Assembly: GCA_002269645.1 (NCBI GenBank)
Contig: NIVC01001023.1
Location: 186,001-250,000 of the forward strand
DNA length: 64,000 nt
From: Macrostomum lignano
Lineage: Eukaryota
Direction: 5' to 3'
Shown: piece after piece, positions 11,349 through 23,346 of the stretch
Layout of the letters: each line of letters opens with the position of its first letter
Numbering within the stretch: the first letter of the stretch is position 1
Position numbers and translations under genes: made by a program
Notes under the pieces: model-generated
Told to the model about the DNA's origin: nothing
Seen by the model: the letters and a program-made list of their open reading frames with translations, nothing else
The model's database searches: none

Positions 11349-14300
11349 TAGGTTAGCGCCCCTGTCTCTTAGGTTGGCGCCCCTGTCTTTTAGGTTGGCG
11401 CCCCTGTCTCTTAGGTTAGCGCCCCTGTCTTTTAGGTTGGCGCCCCTGTCTTTTAGGTTGGCGCCCCCGTCTTTTAGGTTGGCGCCCCTATCTCTTAGAT
11501 TGGCGCCCCTGTCTTTTAGGTTGGCGCCCTTGTCTCTTAGGTTGGCGCCCCTATCTCTTAGATTGGCGCCCCTGTCTTTTAGGTTCGCGCCCCTGTCTTT
11601 TAGGTGGGCGCCCCCGTCTTTTAGGTTGGCGCCCCTGTCTCTTAGGTCGGCGCCCCTGTCTCTTAGATTGGCGCCCCTGTCTTTTAGGTTCGCGCCCCCG
11701 TCTTTTAGGTTGGCGCCCCTGTCTCTTAGGTCGGCGCCCCTGTCTCTTAGGTTGGCGCCCCTGTCTTTTATGTTGGTGCCCCTGTCTTTTAGGTTGGTGC
11801 CCCTGTCTTTTAGGTTGGCGCCCCTGTCTCTTAGATTGGCGCCCCTGTCTTTTAGGTTCGCGCCCCTGTCTTTTAGGTTGGCGCCCCTGTCTTTTAGATG
11901 GGTTCCCCTGTCTTTTAGGTGGGCGCCCCTGTCTTTTAGGTTGGCGTCCCTGTCTTTTATGTTGGCGCCCCTGTCTTTTAGGTTGGCGCCCCTGTCTTTT
12001 AGGTTGGCGCCCCTGTCTTTTAGGTTGGCGCCCCTGTCTTTTAGATGGGTTCCCTGTCTTTTAGGTGGGCGCCCCTGTCTTTTAGGTTGGCGCCCCTGTC
12101 TTTTAGGTTGGCGCCCCTGTCTTTTAGGTTGGCGCCCCTGTCTCTTAGGTCGGCGCCCCTGTCTCTTAGGTTGGCGCCCCTGTCTTTTATGTTGGCGTCC
12201 CTGTCTTTTATGTTGGTGCCCCTGTCTTTTAGGTTGGCGCCCCTGTCTTTTAGATGGGTTCCCTGTCTTTTAGGTGGGCGCCCCTGTCTTTTAGGTTGGC
12301 GCCCCTGTCTTTTAGGTTGGCGCCCCTGTCTTTTAGGTTGGCGCCCCTGTCTTTTAGGTTGGCGCCCCTGTCTTTTAGGTTGGCGCCCCTGTCTTTTAGA
12401 TGGGTTCCCTGTCTTTTAGGTGGGCGCCCCTGTCTTTTAGGTTGGCGCCCCTGTCTTTTAGGTTGGCGCCCCTGTCTTTTAGGTTGGCGCCCCTGTCTTT
12501 TAGGTTGGCGCCCCTGTCTCTTAGGTCGGCGCCCCTGTCTCTTAGGTTGGCGCCCCTGTCTTTTATGTTGGTGCCCCTGTCTTTTAGGTTGGTGCCCCTG
12601 TCTTTTAGGTTGGCGCCCCTGTCTCTTAGATTGGCGCCCCTGTCTTTTAGGTTCGCGCCCCTGTCTTTTAGGTTGGCGCCCCTGTCTTTTAGGTTGGCGT
12701 CCCTGTCTTTTATGTTGGTGCCCCTGTCTTTTAGGTTGGCGCCCCTGTCTTTTAGATGGGTTCCCTGTCTTTTAGGTGGGCGCCCCTGTCTTTTAGGTTG
12801 GCGCCCCTGTCTTTTAGGTTGGCGCCCCTGTCTTTTAGGTTGGCGCCCCTGTCTTTTAGGTTGGCGCCCCTGTCTTTTAGGTTGGCGCCCCTGTCTTTTA
12901 GATGGGTTCCCTGTCTTTTAGGTGGGCGCCCCTGTCTTTTAGGTTGGCGCCCCTGTCTTTTAGGTTGGCGCCCCTGTCTTTTAGGTTGGCGTCCCTGTCT
13001 TTTAGATGGGTTCCCTGTCTTTTAGGTTGGCGCCCCTGTCTTTTAGGTCGGCGCCCCTGTCTTTTAGGTTGGCGCCCCTGTCTTTTAGGTTGGCGCCCCT
13101 GTCTTTTAGATGGGTTCCCCTGTCTTTTAGGTGGGCGCCCCTGTCTTTTAGGTTGGCGTCCCTGTCTTTTAGGTTGGCGTCCCTGTCTTTTAGGTTGGCG
13201 TCCCTGTCTTCTAGGTTGGCGCCCCTGTCTCTTAGGTTGGCGCCCTTGTCTCTTAGATTGGGCCCCTGTCTTTTAGGTTCGCGCCCCTGTCTTTTAGGTT
13301 GGCGCCCCTGTCTCTTAGGTTGGCGCCCCTGTCTCTTAGGTTGGCGCCCCTGTCTCTTAGGTTGGCGCCCCTGTCTCTTAGGTCGGCGCCCCTGTCTTTT
13401 AGGTTGGCGCCCCTGTCTTTTAGGTTGGCGCCCCTGTCTTTTAGGTTGGCGTCCCTGTCTTTTCTGTTGGTGCCCCTGTCTTTTAGGTGGGCGCCCCTGT
13501 CTTTTAGATGGGTTCCCTGTCTTTTAGGTGGGCGCCCCTGTCTTTTAGGTTGGCGCCCCTGTCTTTTAGGTTGGCGCCCCTGTCTTTTAGGTTGGCGCCC
13601 CTGTCTTTTAGGTTTGCGCCCCTGTCTCTTAGGTCGGCGCCCCTGTCTCTTAGGTTGGCGCCCCTGTCTTTTATGTTGGCGTCCCTGTCTTTTATGTTGG
13701 TGCCCCTGTCTTTTAGGTTGGCGCCCCTGTCTTTTAGATGGGTTCCCTGTCTTTTAGGTGGGCGCCCCTGTCTTTTAGGTTGGCGCCCCTGTCTTTTAGG
13801 TTGGCGCCCCTGTCTTTTAGGTTGGCGCCCCTGTCTTTTAGGTTGGCGCCCCTGTCTTTTAGGTTGGCGCCCCTGTCTTTTAGATGGGTTCCCTGTCTTT
13901 TAGGTGGGCGCCCCTGTCTTTTAGGTTGGCGCCCCTGTCTTTTAGGTTGGCGCCCCTGTCTTTTAGGTTGGCGCCCCTGTCTTTTAGGTTGGCGCCCCTG
14001 TCTCTTAGGTCGGCGCCCCTGTCTCTTAGGTTGGCGCCCCTGTCTTTTATGTTGGTGCCCCTGTCTTTTAGGTTGGTGCCCCTGTCTTTTAGGTTGGCGC
14101 CCCTGTCTCTTAGATTGGCGCCCCTGTCTTTTAGGTTCGCGCCCCTGTCTTTTAGGTTGGCGCCCCTGTCTTTTAGATGGGTTCCCCTGTCTCTTAGGTT
14201 GGCGCCCCTGTCTTTTAGGTTGGCGTCCCTGTCTTTTATGTTGGTGCCCCTGTCTTTTAGGTTGGCGCCCCTGTCTTTTAGATGGGTTCCCTGTCTTTTA

Positions 14301-16170
14301 GGTGGGCGCCCCTGTCTTTTAGGTTGGCGCCCCTGTCTTTTAGGTTGGCGCCCCTGTCTTTTAGGTTGGCGCCCCTGTCTTTTAGGTTGGCGCCCCTGTC
14401 TTTTAGGTTGGCGCCCCTGTCTTTTAGATGGGTTCCCTGTCTTTTAGGTGGGCGCCCCTGTCTTTTAGGTTGGCGCCCCTGTCTTTTAGGTTGGCGCCCC
14501 TGTCTTTTAGGTTGGCGTCCCTGTCTTTTAGGTTGGTGCCCCTGTCTTTTAGGTTGGCGCCCCTGTCTTTTAGGTTGGCGCCCCTGTCTTTTAGGTTGGC
14601 GCCCCTGTCTTTTAGGTTGGCGCCCCTGTCTTTTAGATGGGTTCCCCTGTCTTTTAGGTGGGCGCCCCTGTCTTTTAGGTTGGCGTCCCTGTCTTTTAGG
14701 TTGGCGTCCCTGTCTTTTAGGTTGGCGTCCCTGTCTTCTAGGTTGGCGCCCCTGTCTCTTAGGTTGGCGCCCTTGTCTCTTAGATTGGGCCCCTGTCTTT
14801 TAGGTTCGCGCCCCTGTCTTTTAGGTTGGCGCCCCTGTCTCTTAGGTTGGCGCCCCTGTCTCTTAGGTTGGCGCCCCTGTCTCTTAGGTTGGCGCCCCTG
14901 TCTCTTAGGTCGGCGCCCCTGTCTTTTAGGTTGGCGCCCCTGTCTTTTAGGTTGGCGCCCCTGTCTTTTAGGTTGGCGTCCCTGTCTTTTCTGTTGGTGC
15001 CCCTGTCTTTTAGGTGGGCGCCCCTGTCTTTTAGGTTGGCGTCCCTGTCTTTTATGTTGGTGCCCCTGTCTTTTAGGTTGGCGCCCCTGTCTTCTAGCTG
15101 AGCGCCCCTGTCTTTTAAGTTGGCGCCTCTGTCTTTTAGGTTGGCGTCCCTGTCTTTTATGTTGGTGCCCCTGTCTTTTAGGTTGGCGCCCCTGTCTTCT
15201 AGCTGAGCGCCCCTGTCTTTTAAGTTGGCGCCTCTGTCTTTTAGGTTGGCGTCCCTTGTCTCTTAGGTTGGCGTCCCTTGTCTCTTAGGTTGGCGTCCCT
15301 TGTCTCTTAGGTTGGCGCCCCTGTCTCTTAGGTTGGCGTCCCTTGTCTTTTAGGTTGGCGCCCCTGTCTTTTAGGTTGGCGCCTGTCTTTTAGGTTGGCG
15401 TCCCTGTCTTCTAGGTTGGCGTCCCTGTCTTTTATGTTGGTGCCCCTGTCTTTTAGGTTGGCGCCCCTGTCTCTTAGGTTGGCGCCCCTGTCTTTTAGGT
15501 TGGCGCCCCTGTCTTTTAGGTGGGCGCCCCTGTCTTCTAGCTGAGCGCCCCTGTCTAGTAGGTTGGCGCCCCTGTGTCTTAGGTTGGCGCCCCAGTCTCT
15601 TAGGTTGGCGCCCCTGTCTCTTAGATTGGCGCCCCTGTCTTTTAGATTGGCGCCCCTGTCTTTTAGGTTGGCGCCCCAGTCTCTTAGGTTGGCGATCCTG
15701 TCTGTTAGGTTGGCGCCCCTGTCTCTTTAGATTGGCGCCCCTGTCTTTTAGGTTGGCGTCCCTGTCTTTTATGTTGGTGCCCCTGTCTTTTAGGTTGGCA
15801 CCCCTGTCTTTTAGATGGGATCCCCTGTCTTTTAGATGGGCGCCCCTGTCTTTTAGGTTGGCGCCTAGTCTCTTAGGTTGGCGCCCCCGTCTTTTAGGTT
15901 GGTGCCCGATGTCTTTTAGGTGGGTCCCCCTGTCTTTTAGGTTGGCGCCCCTGTCTTCTAGCTGAGCGCCCCTGTCTTTTAGGTTGGCGCCTCTGTCTTT
16001 TAGGTTGGCGTCCCTTGTCTCTTAGGTTGGCGTCCCTTGTCTCTTAGGTTGGCGTCCCTTGTCTCTTAGGTTGGCGCCCCTGTCTCTTAGGTTGGCGTCC
16101 CTTGTCTCTTAGGTTGGCGCCCCTGTGTCTTAGTTAGGCGCCCTTTGTCTTTAAGATGGGCGCCCCTGTC
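11349..16170. repeat. 4.8-kb 21-bp satellite (ttaggttggcgcccctgtctt) with higher-order duplication, in SK intron 8
   Basis: Visible periodicity; variant blocks recur at offsets of 1484 and 1527 bp. Confidence 0.98.
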
Positions 16171-16413
16171 TTCAGGTGGGTAGGCTGGCGGCTTAAATGC
16201 AGTTTATGCCATTTGTGCTACTGAGAGAGAGATATAATTAAACCAGGGATAAAGTTATGGAATCGAGACAGTGCTTCAGATCCCGGACACTGCGCTAGAA
16301 GCTCAGAATTAAAACACTCTAGGAGTAGTCTCTGATAGATGATGATTTATGCGATTTTATTACTCCGATTGCCCTCTATACGAGCAATTACAGCTCATCA
16401 TAAATCGATTTAC

Positions 16414-16515
16414 CTGCAGCATCATTAGGTAGTCCTCAATCTTGTCCATTCGCTCTCTCAGGCAGTCCTGCTCATTGTGCATCGCCTGCACTGTGCCGAA
16501 AATGTCCGACTGGGT
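16414..16515 (-). CDS. KCNN: SK/KCNN coding exon 8: TQSDIFGTVQAMHNEQDCLRERMDKIEDYLMMLQ
   Basis: ccgcag|ACC acceptor, CAG|gtaaat donor, 102 bp. Continues DLAK-TQ into the coiled coil. Confidence 0.9.
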
Positions 16516-16712
16516 CTGCGGATCGGGGACAGCGGGGTTGGGTGAGCCGTTATTGTTTGAGTCTGTAATTATCTGTAATTATCTGAAATAATTGGACTGT
16601 TCTGTGCAGAACAGTAGCTGTTAAAATAGGTATGATTGGGTAGAGTTTGGCGACTTGTTTAATCACTGTGGATAAGTCTTCTGTTTTGCTTTGTAGTCCA
16701 CAATGTACATGT

Positions 16713-18262
16713 TGTAGATGTACATTGTTGGGGTTTTGTGGGGGAGTGGCCAGCATCTGCTGTTTCGCTTGCTGAGTGGATGTACATTGTTGGGGTTTGT
16801 GGGGGGGGGGAGTGGCCAGCATCTGCTGTTTCGCTTTGCTGAGTGGATGTACATTGTTGGGGTTTGTGAGGGAGTGGCCAGTATCTGCTGTTTCGCTTGC
16901 TGAGTGGATGTACATTGTTGGGGTTTGTGGGGGAGTGGCCAGCATCTGCTGTTTCGCTTTGCTGAGTGGATGTACATTGGTGGGGTTTGTGGGGGAGTGG
17001 CCAGTATCTGCTTTTTCGCTTTGTTGAGTGGATGTACATTGGTGGGGTTTGTGGGGGAGTGGCCAGTATCTGCTGTTTCGCTTTGCTGAGTGGATGTACA
17101 TTGGTGGGGTTTGTGAGGGAGTGGCCAGTATCTGCTGTTTCGCTTTTCTGAGTGGATGTACATTGGTGGGGTTTGTGGGGGAGTGGCCAGTATCTGCTGT
17201 TTCGCTTTGCTGAGTGGATGTACATTGTTGGGGTTTGTGGGGGAGTGGCCAGTATCTGCTGTTTCGCTTTGCTGAGTGGATGTACATTGTTGGGGTTTGT
17301 GGGGGGTGGTGGCCAGTATCTGCTGTTTCGCTTTGCTGAGTGGATGTACATTGTTGGAGTTTGTGGGGGAGTGGCCAGCATCTGCTGTTTCGCTTTGCTG
17401 AGTGGATATACATTGGTGGGGTTTGTGGGGGAGTGGCCAGTATCTGCTGTTTCGCTTTGCTGAGTGGATGTACATTGTTGGGGTTTGTGGGGGAGTGGCC
17501 AGTATCTGCTGTTTCGCTTTGCTGAGTGGATGTACATTGGTGGGGTTTGTGGGGGAGTGGCCAGTATCTGTACATTGGTGGGGTTTGTGGGGGAGTGGCC
17601 AGTATCTGCTGTTTCGCTTTGCTGAGTGGATGTACATTGTTGGGGTTTGTGGGGGAGTGGCCAGTATCTGCTGTTTCGCTTTGCTGAGTGGATGTACATT
17701 GTTGGGGTTTGTGGGGGGTGGTGGCCAGTATCTGCTGTTTCGCTTGCTGAGTGGATGTACATTGTTGGGGTTGTGGGGGGGGGTGGCCAGCATCTGCTGT
17801 TTCGCTTGCTGAGTGGATGTACATTGGTGGGGTTTGTGGGGGAGTGGCCAGTATCTGCTGTTTCGCTTTGCTGAGTGGATGTACATTGTTGGGGTTTGTG
17901 GGGGAGTGGCCAGTATCTGCTGTTTCGCTTTGCTGAGTGGATGTACATTGGTGGGGTTTGTGAGGGAGTGGCCAGTATCTGCTGTTTCGCTTTTCTGAGT
18001 GGATGTACATTGGTGGGGTTTGTGGGGGAGTGGCCAGTATCTGCTGTTTCGCTTTGCTGAGTGGATGTACATTGTTGGGGTTTGTGGGGGGTGGTGGCCA
18101 GTATCTGCTGTTTCGCTTGCTGAGTGGATGTACATTGTTGGGGTTGTGGGGGGGTGGCCAGCATCTGCTGTTTCGCTTGCTGAGTGGATGTACATTGTTG
18201 GGGTTGTGGGGGGGTGGCCAGCATCTGCTGTTTCGCTTGCTGAGTGGATGTACATTGTTGGA
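16713..18262. repeat. 62-bp G-rich minisatellite (gagtggatgtacattgttggggtttgtgggggagtggccagtatctgctgtttcgctttgct), about 25 copies, in SK intron 7
   Basis: 62-bp spacing of the repeated ORF starts in the track, and direct reading. Confidence 0.97.
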
Positions 18263-21174
18263 TGAATAGATATACTAAAAAATAACGGAAGCATTTTAAT
18301 CGGTTCGATAGAATGTCAGTAATAATAGTTAATAAGAAGCATGTACATGTATTATTAATAATTGAAATAATTAATACTGATCACATTGAAGCGGAATTAA
18401 TTTTTTAAACTGCAACATAAAAAATTACAAAAATCGATAGCTATATTATTCATAGCGGAACCGAAATTCTCTTTGGTCAAACAGAAATACGGGGTTTGGA
18501 CTCATAATTTATAACTTTAGCTTCTACTCTACTCACATAAAAAGCTTAATAAAAAATGAAACAAAAAACTGAAATAAAAAACTAAAAATTACGAACTACA
18601 ACAAGCGGGTATGTGTGTTGTGTGTTTGATAGCAGTTCTGATAGCTTTGACACCGTCTGTGCGCGCTGCGGAACTACTAACTGTAAGTACGGGTACCCGA
18701 CTACCAACACACGGCAACACCACCGGAACAGTCAAGCGCAATGCAGCATATAATGCGAGCTATATATTATAACTATTATATATTTGCGTACGTGGTATTT
18801 TTCGCTGTCTAAGTGAGGTCAATATTTCGAATCTTAATTAATTAACAAACGAAACCAGAAAAATAGTCTCTCTCTCCATTGACTTTGTTAAAATGCGATT
18901 TGTTATAAAATGCCTAGTAGAAGTTCTATTTGCGGCTCTTAAATTGTAAACTATTATCAACTCGAGCTCGAGAGCAAGAAATATAATATAATTGGGCAAA
19001 ATTAAGAGAAAAAAACAGTCACCTTAACGAGCCTATGAGTCAGTGAAGTGGACTATTTTTTTGGTTTTGCTTGGTTGCAAGATAAATTCGACGTCAATTC
19101 GTCTCTTGTTCCGTGACTTTGGCCAGGACAAACAGATCGAGGCCTCAGTTTATTGCAGCATTGTTTCAATTTGTAGTTCATTTAGGAGAGCAGCTGAGAC
19201 TACACACACAGAGACTACTGTGTATACAAAATTGGCTAATTTATTAGCAGCGTGTAACTGTTGAGTATAGCTAAACACGGGCCGTAGGTTTAATATGGGA
19301 AAATGAAAGACAGATATGATAGCTACAGATAATGCTTCCACTAGCTAGTAAAGAATTTCGATGCAGCTAGGAGAAAAATAGAAATGAGTATTTTGTTAAA
19401 AACTGGTCAAAAGTTGATTCTAACTTTTCAAGTAGTTATTATAATATCTTTCAAGATCTTGAAATTATATTTGAAGGTCAAACTTCGCCCAAAAAGGCAT
19501 CGGAAACAGAAATTCTACTGTCTTAAACAAGTTCTCACATTCTGTGCTTTCTGCGATTAATACGCACATAAATGATCTTTTTGTTTATCTCAACTCTTTC
19601 TATTTGTTTCTCAGAATACTTTTACACTAAACTAAGTAAGAAAAATCACATTAATATGATGACACGTATAATTTTCATGGAATTTTTTAATGTTTCCCAA
19701 TCTTTAGTACTCACATTCCCTACTATATACATATATCGTTTTAACATTAGAGCCATGTAACGCAGAAAGACATTGAGCCTCTAAATAAGTTTTCGTATTT
19801 TTTTGAAAATTAGATTCAACTTCTGACAAGGTTACGCTTCAAAAAAATCCGTTTTTTCATGCATTTTTCATTATAGCTTGTCACGTCTGAAATGGAACCA
19901 TACGAACCAAAAAAAACTGTTAATTTGATATTCCATTCCAGTATAGACGAGCCAAAATATCCGCACTATATGCAGATATTAATATTTTGCCTACGCTTAC
20001 TCAAGAATGAGAACTTGCGCCGCACATGAATAACTATAACTGCACCATCGCGTGCAAAATCAGACTTCAATTGTTACTACTGTATGTTAAAATAAGGTGC
20101 GCGAGATCGGATTTAAATCAGAAAAGGTGAGAAGATTATTTGAGTTGGCTATAGATAAGGCTCTACCTGACTGTACACGGCCAGCGGTTTTGAAATGTAC
20201 GCCCTTGGCTGCTTAATAAGGGCGTCGTGATTGGTCTAGAGAACGGCAGGGGGATGTTGGTTTGAAAAAAAAGTTGTAACAAAAACCAGTTTAATTATTA
20301 TTAACAATTATCGGCGGTGTCAGATGAAAATAACAAAAACTGATTTTAAGTGTTGAGCACAGATGCAGGGACTGAGGGAGTATTAGGCAAATTATTAAAA
20401 GTGACGTACATAGCTAACTGAACAAATTTTGTAGGTACGTTGAATGCCAAAAAAAGTTTTAGTTCAAAATTGATTTAGGAAACAGTGCAACGAATTGCAA
20501 GTTGCATCTCATATTGGTTGAGGTGCCAAAGTAAAATTTGTTGCAAATATTAAAGTCTAAATTATTAAGTAATTTTATTTGGAAGCACATGTTTCTAGAA
20601 AGCAAACAATAAATTAACAAAACGCATTCACTACTTGTAAAACGGCATTTTGTAGACAGAATGCAACTTGGCCCGCAACTGACTCATAGACCAATTAAAG
20701 TGACTGTTTTGAAAAGATATTTTATTTCTCTTTTTCGATGCAAAGGAAAGATAGGAAATAAATTAAATGACTCAGATCTCGATGTACTTTTACGTCAAAC
20801 GAATGTTTTGCCGTATCACTGTTTAATCTAATTTGCGTTGTTGTATTTTCAAAATATAGATTTATATTGGTTAATCAATTCTGTTCCCGAGTACGTTTGT
20901 TATTCTGCTGATGCGGCCATCTGTCAGACAGTCAGCAGTCATCCATTTAAGAATCGCAGTGTTTTCAGCAAAGGTTATTGTTACGGGCATATATTGTTTA
21001 GTATCATTTTACTCATCTCACTTCTAGAATATTGTAATATATATAGAATTGGATTATAAAAACACTATAGGTTTAAATACGCAAGCTAGTTTTTATCGCT
21101 GTACAGTTTATGAAAGTATGCATCCACTCTCTTGTATTTAAAGTACTTCCAGCAAGAATGACTGACAGGCTCAC

Positions 21175-21244
21175 CTTGGCCAAGTCCACCAGCGTGTTGG
21201 CATTGTCCATGAGTTTGCGTTGGTCTCGCTTCACCTTGCGCAGG
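21175..21244 (-). CDS. KCNN: SK/KCNN coding exon 7: (S)LRKVKRDQRKLMDNANTLVDLAK (calmodulin-binding domain)
   Basis: tttcag|C acceptor, AAG|gtgag donor, 70 bp, phase-consistent. Confidence 0.95.
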
Positions 21245-21682
21245 CTGAAATGAGGTTTCTCATTTTGAGACTAGCTTTGAGACTAAATCCGTACACATTT
21301 ACACATGTGTAGGTAAGAGCTCACCCATACCGCGAGAAATTGCATCTAACTATTTTAGAACACTTTTTGTCGCTATTTTTTTAGTCCTACACATCCGTAG
21401 TGGTTTCAAAAATGAAGAATATTCACAGAAGGCCGGCTGTGAGCACCCTGGCGCAACGACTTCGGCGACGTCACACAACCAGTGCCGAGGCGAGTCACTC
21501 GAGTCACTTACGAGTAAAAATCCACTCAACGTAGACCCTTTTGCCACAAACACACACTTTTAACAATGTCTCAAATCATTTAGTCTGCACACTTCTGAAT
21601 TTAGAAGTGAAGAACGTCCGTACGTCCGTCAGGGTTCTCTCGCAAACAGACTAATATCCTTGTTGATGTTGATGCGACTCAC

Positions 21683-21810
21683 CTGTGAATTGCGTGCAGA
21701 AATTTTCTCTGGTGCGTGCGCACCTTAGACGGATTGACCCGCTTGACCAGTTTGGTGTATTTGTAGATCAGCCAGGTCTCGCGTAGCACGTTTGCTGCCG
21801 AGTTCTTCAG
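21683..21810 (-). CDS. KCNN: SK/KCNN coding exon 6: [42 protein letters not shown] (calmodulin-binding domain)
   Basis: cttag|CTG acceptor, AG|gtgagt donor, 128 bp. Canonical [13 protein letters not shown] motif. Confidence 0.96.
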
Positions 21811-21897
21811 CTAAGAGATGTGGCGAAAATAGCGGCATACCATAATGACGTCGTAGCTATATAAGCATTAGGCATTCTGAATTCAAAACCTATGCGG

Positions 21898-22785
21898 CAG
21901 GGGTCGGCAAATTTTTTACCTTTTAAGGGCCAGAAGAGTACCTAAAGCATGACTGCGGGCCGGATGAAGGGAGAGAGGAGAGGGAGTAGAAAAGGGTGAA
22001 GGGACAGGTGAAGGAATAAAGGAGAAGAGATTAGACGCGGGGAGGGGAGAGGAGAGAGAGGAGTGGAGAGGAGAGAGTAGAGGAGAGAGGAAAAGAGAAG
22101 AGAGACTAGAGTAGAGAGGAAAGGAGAGGAGAGAGTAGAGAGAAAGGAAAGGAGAGGAAAGGAGAGGAGAGAGTAGAAGAGAGAGGAGAGGAGAGAGAAG
22201 AAAGAAGAGGAGAGAGGAGAGGAGAGAGAAGAAAGAAGAGGAGAGAGGAGAGGAGAGAGAGGAAAGAAGAGGAGAGAGTAGAGGAAGAGTAGAGGAAAGA
22301 GGAAAAGAGAAGAGAGAGTAGAGAGGAAAGGAGAGGAGAGAGTAGAGAGAAAGGAAAGGAGAGGAAAGGAGAGGAGAGAGTAGAGAGAGAGGAGAGGAGA
22401 GAGAGGAAAGGAGAGGAGAGAGTAGAGGAGAAAGGAAAAGAGAAGAGAGAGTAGAAGAGAGAGGAGAGAGGAAAGAAGAGGAGAGAGTAGAGAGAGAGGA
22501 GAGGAGAGAGAGGAAAGGAGAGGAGAGAGTAGAGGAGAAAGGAAAAGAGAAGAGAGAGTAGAAGAGAGAGGAGAGGAGAGAGAGGAAAGAAGAGGAGAGA
22601 GTAGAGGAGAGAGGAAAGGAGAAGAGAGAGTAGAAGAGAGAGGAGAGGAGAGAGAGGAAAGGAGAGGAGAGAGTAGAGAGAAAGGATTGGGCGGGCATTG
22701 GGCGGGCCGGATTGCCATTGCGAAGTTTCAAAGGACCCGATGGCCGGATAGAGAGGCTTCGCAGGCCGGAGTTTGCCCACCCCTG
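21898..22785. mobile_element. Non-autonomous hAT-type element (MITE) with a GA-rich interior, in SK intron 5
   Basis: TIRs CAGGGGTCGGCAAA (from 21898) and TTTGCCCACCCCTG (to 22785), 13/14 match. Flanking 8-mers ctatgcgg and ctctacgg (6/8) fit a decayed 8-bp TSD. Confidence 0.85.
21968..22685. repeat. About 720-bp almost pure polypurine (GAGAG/GAGGA/AGTAG) low-complexity tract
   Basis: Direct reading; source of the Leu/Ser-rich pseudo-ORFs. Confidence 0.95.
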
Positions 22786-23235
22786 CTCTACGGCAACTCA
22801 GCTAAATATGGTTTTGTATTTCTCCCGTGCGAGTTGGCTTTAGGGCTCTAAGCATTCTTCCCCAGAATTAAATTAGAGAGCTGGCTGACTGCGAGTTCAA
22901 GACTCAAATTTCTACAGAATATTGGCTTCAAATATCAGACTCGTGAGACACTTTAGCTCGATAATAACTGCTTCCCTCGCTAAGGTATGCTGCGACAGGT
23001 ACAGCAGCTGCAATGGAGGACATCCGAGAACTCTGTGTAAATTTTACTTAGAATTCGATTCAAGTTGAAACGACTCAGGGAAATCTAATGAGAAACTATC
23101 GGGCACCATACGAGTACAAATGAAACTCGCTCCCGAGTTGCAGTACTCATCTCGCTATATGCGAAGGAGCTTAAGCATAAGAATTCGAATAAATCCTGCA
23201 ATCGATGCCCCCCCCATCATCGCCCTGTCCCTCAC

Positions 23236-23346
23236 CCGTTTGGTTAGCGCCGTGTCCATCATGAAGTTGTGCACATGCTTCTCGGCTCGAGAGAGCTCCA
23301 ACTTGCGGGCGAACACGGCCACGACTAGAGCTGTGCACGAGGAGCC
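23236..23346 (-). CDS. KCNN: SK/KCNN coding exon 5: [37 protein letters not shown] (S6 and start of the CaM-binding domain)
   Basis: tttcag|GGC acceptor, CGG|gtgagg donor, 111 bp. Canonical [18 protein letters not shown] motif. Confidence 0.97.

Noticed and set aside
11349-16170. TTAGG within the 21-bp unit as an interstitial telomere
   Set aside because: TTAGG occurs only once per 21-bp unit and there are no tandem TTAGG or TTAGGG runs.
11374-18294. Many long ORFs (RLAPLSF, PCLLGWR, TPPQT/HKP repeats, up to 543 aa)
   Set aside because: They are stop-free translations of tandem repeats lying within SK introns.
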